Below, piece by piece: positions 7,662-10,096 of a DNA stretch of 10,096 nt; positions within the stretch are counted from its first letter, which is position 1; each line of letters begins with the position of its first letter. The notes under the pieces were generated by a model. That model was not told the DNA's origin, ran no database searches, and saw nothing but the letters and a program-made list of their open reading frames with translations. Source of the DNA: a virus. Lineage: Duplodnaviria; Heunggongvirae; Uroviricota; Caudoviricetes. Location: the IMG/VR virus record IMGVR_UViG_2734482585_000006; one strand, 5' to 3'. Both the position numbers and the translations under genes were made by a program.

Positions 7662-7741
7662 CCGCCATTAGCTTATCAGGAAGAGCAGACGACACGATAA
7701 CAGGGTTGTTGGTGCGGGGGCGGGTCCCCGATGGCGGTCCA
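7662..7741 (+). pseudogene. Degenerate tRNA-like element (possible decayed second tRNA)
   Basis: Perfect 7-bp acceptor pairing ccgccat (7662-7668) / atggcgg (7730-7736), discriminator T, CCA, and a D-arm (gctt/gagc), but no canonical anticodon arm and a G-rich non-canonical T-loop. Its 5' part matches the partial tRNA at 5687-5724 and then diverges. Confidence 0.3.
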
Positions 7742-7754
7742 TTATCGGTATTCA

Positions 7755-7831
7755 GCGTTGTTAGCTCAGCCGGACAGAGCAATTGCCTTCTAAGCAATCG
7801 GTCACTGGTTCGAATCCAGTACAGCGCGCCA
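7755..7831 (+). tRNA. tRNA-Arg (anticodon UCU, reads AGA)
   Basis: Hand-folded cloverleaf: acceptor gcgttgt/acagcgc (one G-U), D-arm gctc/gagc, anticodon stem attgc/gcaat with loop cuUCUaa, T-arm actgg-ttcgaat-ccagt, CCA encoded. Likely argN/argO-type phage tRNA. Confidence 0.85.
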
Positions 7832-7941
7832 TATTCATTCTTCCAGATTCCTTCCGGCAGAGCCTTATACTGAAATATACCTGGCTCAGGATATTGTTGA
7901 AAATATTTTATGTTTGTCAAAAATAAAAGTTCTGTTAAGTA

Positions 7942-8295
7942 TTGATTGAGTGTTTGTTATACGGTCTAATGGTTTTTTCAGCATTAAATATTTATCATTC
8001 ATATGGTGTGGGTAGAGTGAATATTGATGAGGCGTCGGGGTGTTTCATCCTTAGGCAGCGTATTGATATAGTCAATGCAGCACGAGCAAAGGCCTTCAGC
8101 CGTTTGACAGTTTTGTTCTGTACTCCTGATCGTCTTTCGGGAAGAGACGTTATTATTCTGAATAGTGATGCTATACAGAGGGTTTGCGATGAGTTCATGG
8201 TTGCTAATTCAGAATTATTTGCTCTTGTTCAGGAGTACAACAGAATAGCCAGGACCTGTGGTATGGATGAACTTCGGATTACTCATCTGGGGTAG
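7942..8295 (+). CDS. Hypothetical cargo protein (117 aa from ATG 7942; alternative starts ATG 7969, GTG 8017)
   Basis: Longest ORF in the AT-rich block downstream of the tRNAs. No family recognised, and not Stx A or B. The 5' end overlaps promoter-like AT-rich sequence, so the true start may be internal. Confidence 0.35.
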   Translation: MIECLLYGLMVFSALNIYHSYGVGRVNIDEASGCFILRQRIDIVNAARAKAFSRLTVLFCTPDRLSGRDVIILNSDAIQRVCDEFMVANSELFALVQEYNRIARTCGMDELRITHLG

Positions 8296-8476
8296 ATACA
8301 TATCTGGATTATCACCTGTTACGGTAAAAAGTGATTGCTTACTGTTTTTGTGAATGGCATTGCAGCAGCCGGATAATGTCAGTGCTGGCTGACGGTGTGC
8401 TGGTGGCGGGTGTGGTGGTTGTTGCTTTCCCGTTGCTGAAAAAGAAAACGCCAGACTGTTAGCCGGGTATCAGTTA

Positions 8477-8789
8477 NNNNNNNNNNNNNNNNNNNNNNNN
8501 NNNNNNNNNNNNNNNNNNNNNNNNNNNNNNNNNNNNNNNNNNNNNNNNNNNNNNNNNNNNNNNNNNNNNNNNNNNNNNNNNNNNNNNNNNNNNNNNNNNN
8601 NNNNNNNNNNNNNNNNNNNNNNNNNNNNNNNNNNNNNNNNNNNNNNNNNNNNNNNNNNNNNNNNNNNNNNNNNNNNNNNNNNNNNNNNNNNNNNNNNNNN
8701 NNNNNNNNNNNNNNNNNNNNNNNNNNNNNNNNNNNNNNNNNNNNNNCTGTTGTCTGGTTTGCGGGGAGTTTGTTAAAAGAAACTGGCAT
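8477..8789 (-). CDS. Minus-strand cargo gene, N-terminus only (MPVSFNKLPANQTT...); remainder N-masked
   Basis: ATG at 8789-8787 on the minus strand with AGGGGG 7 nt upstream; the ORF runs into the mask, so its length and end are unknown. The track extension to 8379 depends on the frame through the N run and is not trusted. Confidence 0.3.
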
Positions 8790-8996
8790 GGTGAATCCCC
8801 CTGTGCGGAGGGGCAATCAGCGAGTAGGTATATGGGATAATCGCGGATTCAGGTGCTGGTACTGAATTCACCGGGAGGCACCCGGCATCATGCAATGGCA
8901 CATAGCGCCACTCTCCAGCCCTCTCCGGAGGGGCTTTTCTGTGCCGGATACATCACAGTTTCTGGAACCTTAGGTACTACAGTATCAGTCAGGGTG

Positions 8997-9620
8997 CTAT
9001 ATTTTCAGATGTGATGAAAGCCTGTCAGCAGGCAGGGCGTATCGGAAATGACCCAGTAGAGAAAACGTTGNNNNNNNNNNNNNNNNNNNNNNNNNNNNNN
9101 NNNNNNNNNNNNNNNNNNNNNNNNNNNNNNNNNNNNNNNNNNNNNNNNNNNNNNNNNNNNNNNNNNNNNNNNNNNNNNNNNNNNNNNNNNNNNNNNNNNN
9201 NNNNNNNNNNNNNNNNNNNNNNNNNNNNNNNNNNNNNNNNNNNNNNNNNNNNNNNNNNNNNNNNNNNNNNNNNNNNNNNNNNNNNNNNNNNNNNNNNNNN
9301 NNNNNNNNNNNNNNNNNNNNTTGCAGAGTGCAACGGTTATTAAAGCATTCATTCAATACGTTATCTGTATTTGTAGGGCATTCCTGGCTATTTTTGATTG
9401 AATTCCAGAATGTTTTATTGAATGGTACTACGTTGTAAATGGTTACAGGTAGCACTTTGTTATTGAGCATGATGCCTGTGTGAGTCAGTGTAAATATACT
9501 TTCAGGAGGTAAGAAAGCATCCGATTGATACCAGATTATTAATTTTATTTTACTCCATATGACTGAAAAAGATATTCCGCATGATGGCTGGATAACTGTA
9601 TCAATCACAATCCACTTCAT
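8997..9620 (-). CDS. Minus-strand AT-rich cargo gene (first 100 aa visible: [34 protein letters not shown]...), middle N-masked, end uncertain
   Basis: ATG at 9620 (minus) with AAGGA at 6-nt spacing; 100 codons are open before the mask. The mask is 250 nt (not a multiple of 3), so the stop at 8997 is not established. No family recognised. Confidence 0.45.
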   Translation of the reverse strand: MKWIVIDTVIQPSCGISFSVIWSKIKLIIWYQSDAFLPPESIFTLTHTGIMLNNKVLPVTIYNVVPFNKTFWNSIKNSQECPTNTDNVLNECFNNRCTLQXXXXXXXXXXXXXXXXXXXXXXXXXXXXXXXXXXXXXXXXXXXXXXXXXXXXXXXXXXXXXXXXXXXXXXXXXXXXXXXXXXXXTFSLLGHFRYALPADRLSSHLKI

Positions 9621-9880
9621 TTAGTTTCCTTGTTTATGCCTTGCTGGTGATGTTCTGAAAAGTATAAATGATATTTTTGAATGTAAACCATAGAGCAGAA
9701 TTATTTTTCTGATGTTGTTTATTGTTTATTTAAATGCAGGGTGGTTTATATCTCGTCTTGTAGTTTATCCATGCATATCTGCTTGATAATCAGGTTTTTA
9801 TTTAAGGTATGGTTTTGTGTTTTTTCTGTATTACATGTCAGGTATTTTAAAGAATTATTTTTCAGATGGTGGAAAGAACC

Positions 9881-10054
9881 ATGGCATTTAAACACTATGA
9901 TGTTGTCAGGGCGGCGCCGCCGTCAGATCTTGCGGAAAAGCTGACACATAAACTGAAAGAGGGCTGGCAGCCGTTTGGTAGTCCGGTGGCCATAACCCCT
10001 TATACCCTGAGGTGTACTGGCAATAGCGGACACTACCATTTGTTCTTTTTTTAA
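9881..10054 (+). CDS. Small conserved-looking phage protein (57 aa, MAFKHYDVVRAAPPSDLAEKLTHKLKEGWQPFGSPVAITPYTLRCTGNSGHYHLFFF)
   Basis: ATG 9881 has a purine-rich stretch (GGTGGAAAG) just upstream; the track start 9866 has none. Diverges from the minus-strand cargo gene across an AT-rich intergenic region. The last 47 nt of the CDS and the 42 nt after it form the right arm of the terminal inverted repeat. Confidence 0.5.
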   Translation: MAFKHYDVVRAAPPSDLAEKLTHKLKEGWQPFGSPVAITPYTLRCTGNSGHYHLFFF

Positions 10055-10096
10055 GCAGCCATCTGATGATATTTTTCCCTGAAGGCTGCCGGGGAG
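10008..10096. repeat. Right arm of perfect 89-bp terminal inverted repeat (partner 19-107)
   Basis: Exact reverse complement of 19-107; runs to the last base of the window. Confidence 0.9.

Larger units (their letters stand above)
1..10096. mobile_element. Lambdoid prophage segment (nin-distal / late-regulatory region with hok, rusA, Q, tRNAs, cargo)
   Basis: Gene order hok - DUF968 - rusA - Q - terminator - tRNA-Ile/tRNA-Arg - cargo matches the Q-to-stx region of lambdoid/Stx prophages; overlapping start/stop codons typical of phage operons. No integrase or att site in the window, so boundaries are unknown. Confidence 0.8.

Noticed and set aside
7995-8198. Minus-strand 67-aa ORF antisense to cargo gene 7942-8295
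   Set aside because: Shorter than the overlapping + frame and without an RBS; kept only as a remote alternative if the + ORF proves non-coding.
8891-8940. Possible + strand hairpin terminator (8918-8934 plus tttt) and a 27-aa mini-ORF starting at 8890
   Set aside because: Imperfect stem, short U-tract and no upstream + strand gene to terminate; the mini-ORF has an over-long SD spacing. Not supported enough to call.
9011-9343. ORFs 9011-9343 (+), 9005-9352 (-) and 9025-9333 (-), almost entirely poly-X
   Set aside because: Artefacts of translating through the N mask; only a few real codons at each end.
7832-9880. Shiga toxin genes stxA/stxB, expected from the Q - tRNA-Ile/Arg context
   Set aside because: No ORF here resembles StxA (about 315 aa with a signal peptide) or StxB (about 89 aa); the block holds unrelated AT-rich ORFs.
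1-10096. CRISPR arrays, IS elements or integrase/att sites
   Set aside because: No regularly spaced short direct repeats, no transposase-like or integrase-like ORF, and no IS-type terminal inverted repeats seen by eye; the 89-bp terminal repeat does not flank a transposase.
19-10096. Terminal inverted repeat as a Gin/Hin/Pin-type invertible switch
   Set aside because: Classic invertible segments have short (about 26-34 bp) repeats and an adjacent serine invertase gene; none is visible, so the repeat is reported as an unexplained structural feature.

Overview
This window reads as the late-regulatory end of a lambdoid, Stx-phage-like prophage from an E. coli-like enterobacterial genome. In order on the + strand: a translationally coupled trio of small unknown ORFs, an intact Hok/Gef-family toxin gene with terminator, a DUF968-like protein with a C-terminal Cys/His motif, then two diverged tandem copies of a RusA resolvase - Q antiterminator - tR'-like terminator - tRNA module. 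Copy 1 also carries a small PapI/FaeA-like winged-helix ORF and an orphan beta-class N6-adenine DNA methyltransferase ahead of its tRNA-Ile(CAU); copy 2 is followed by tRNA-Ile(CAU), a degenerate tRNA-like element and tRNA-Arg(UCU). Downstream of the tRNAs, where Stx phages carry stxAB, there is instead a markedly AT-rich block (about 7850-9870) of unrecognised genes, two of them read against late transcription; this is the best candidate for an undescribed system. The window is bounded by a perfect 89-bp inverted repeat (19-107 vs 10008-10096). Four N-masked blocks (3637-3976, 5725-5994, 8477-8746, 9071-9320) hide part of Q copy 1, the sequence after the first tRNA pair, and parts of two cargo genes. 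All family assignments are from motif recognition and gene order by eye; no searches were run.
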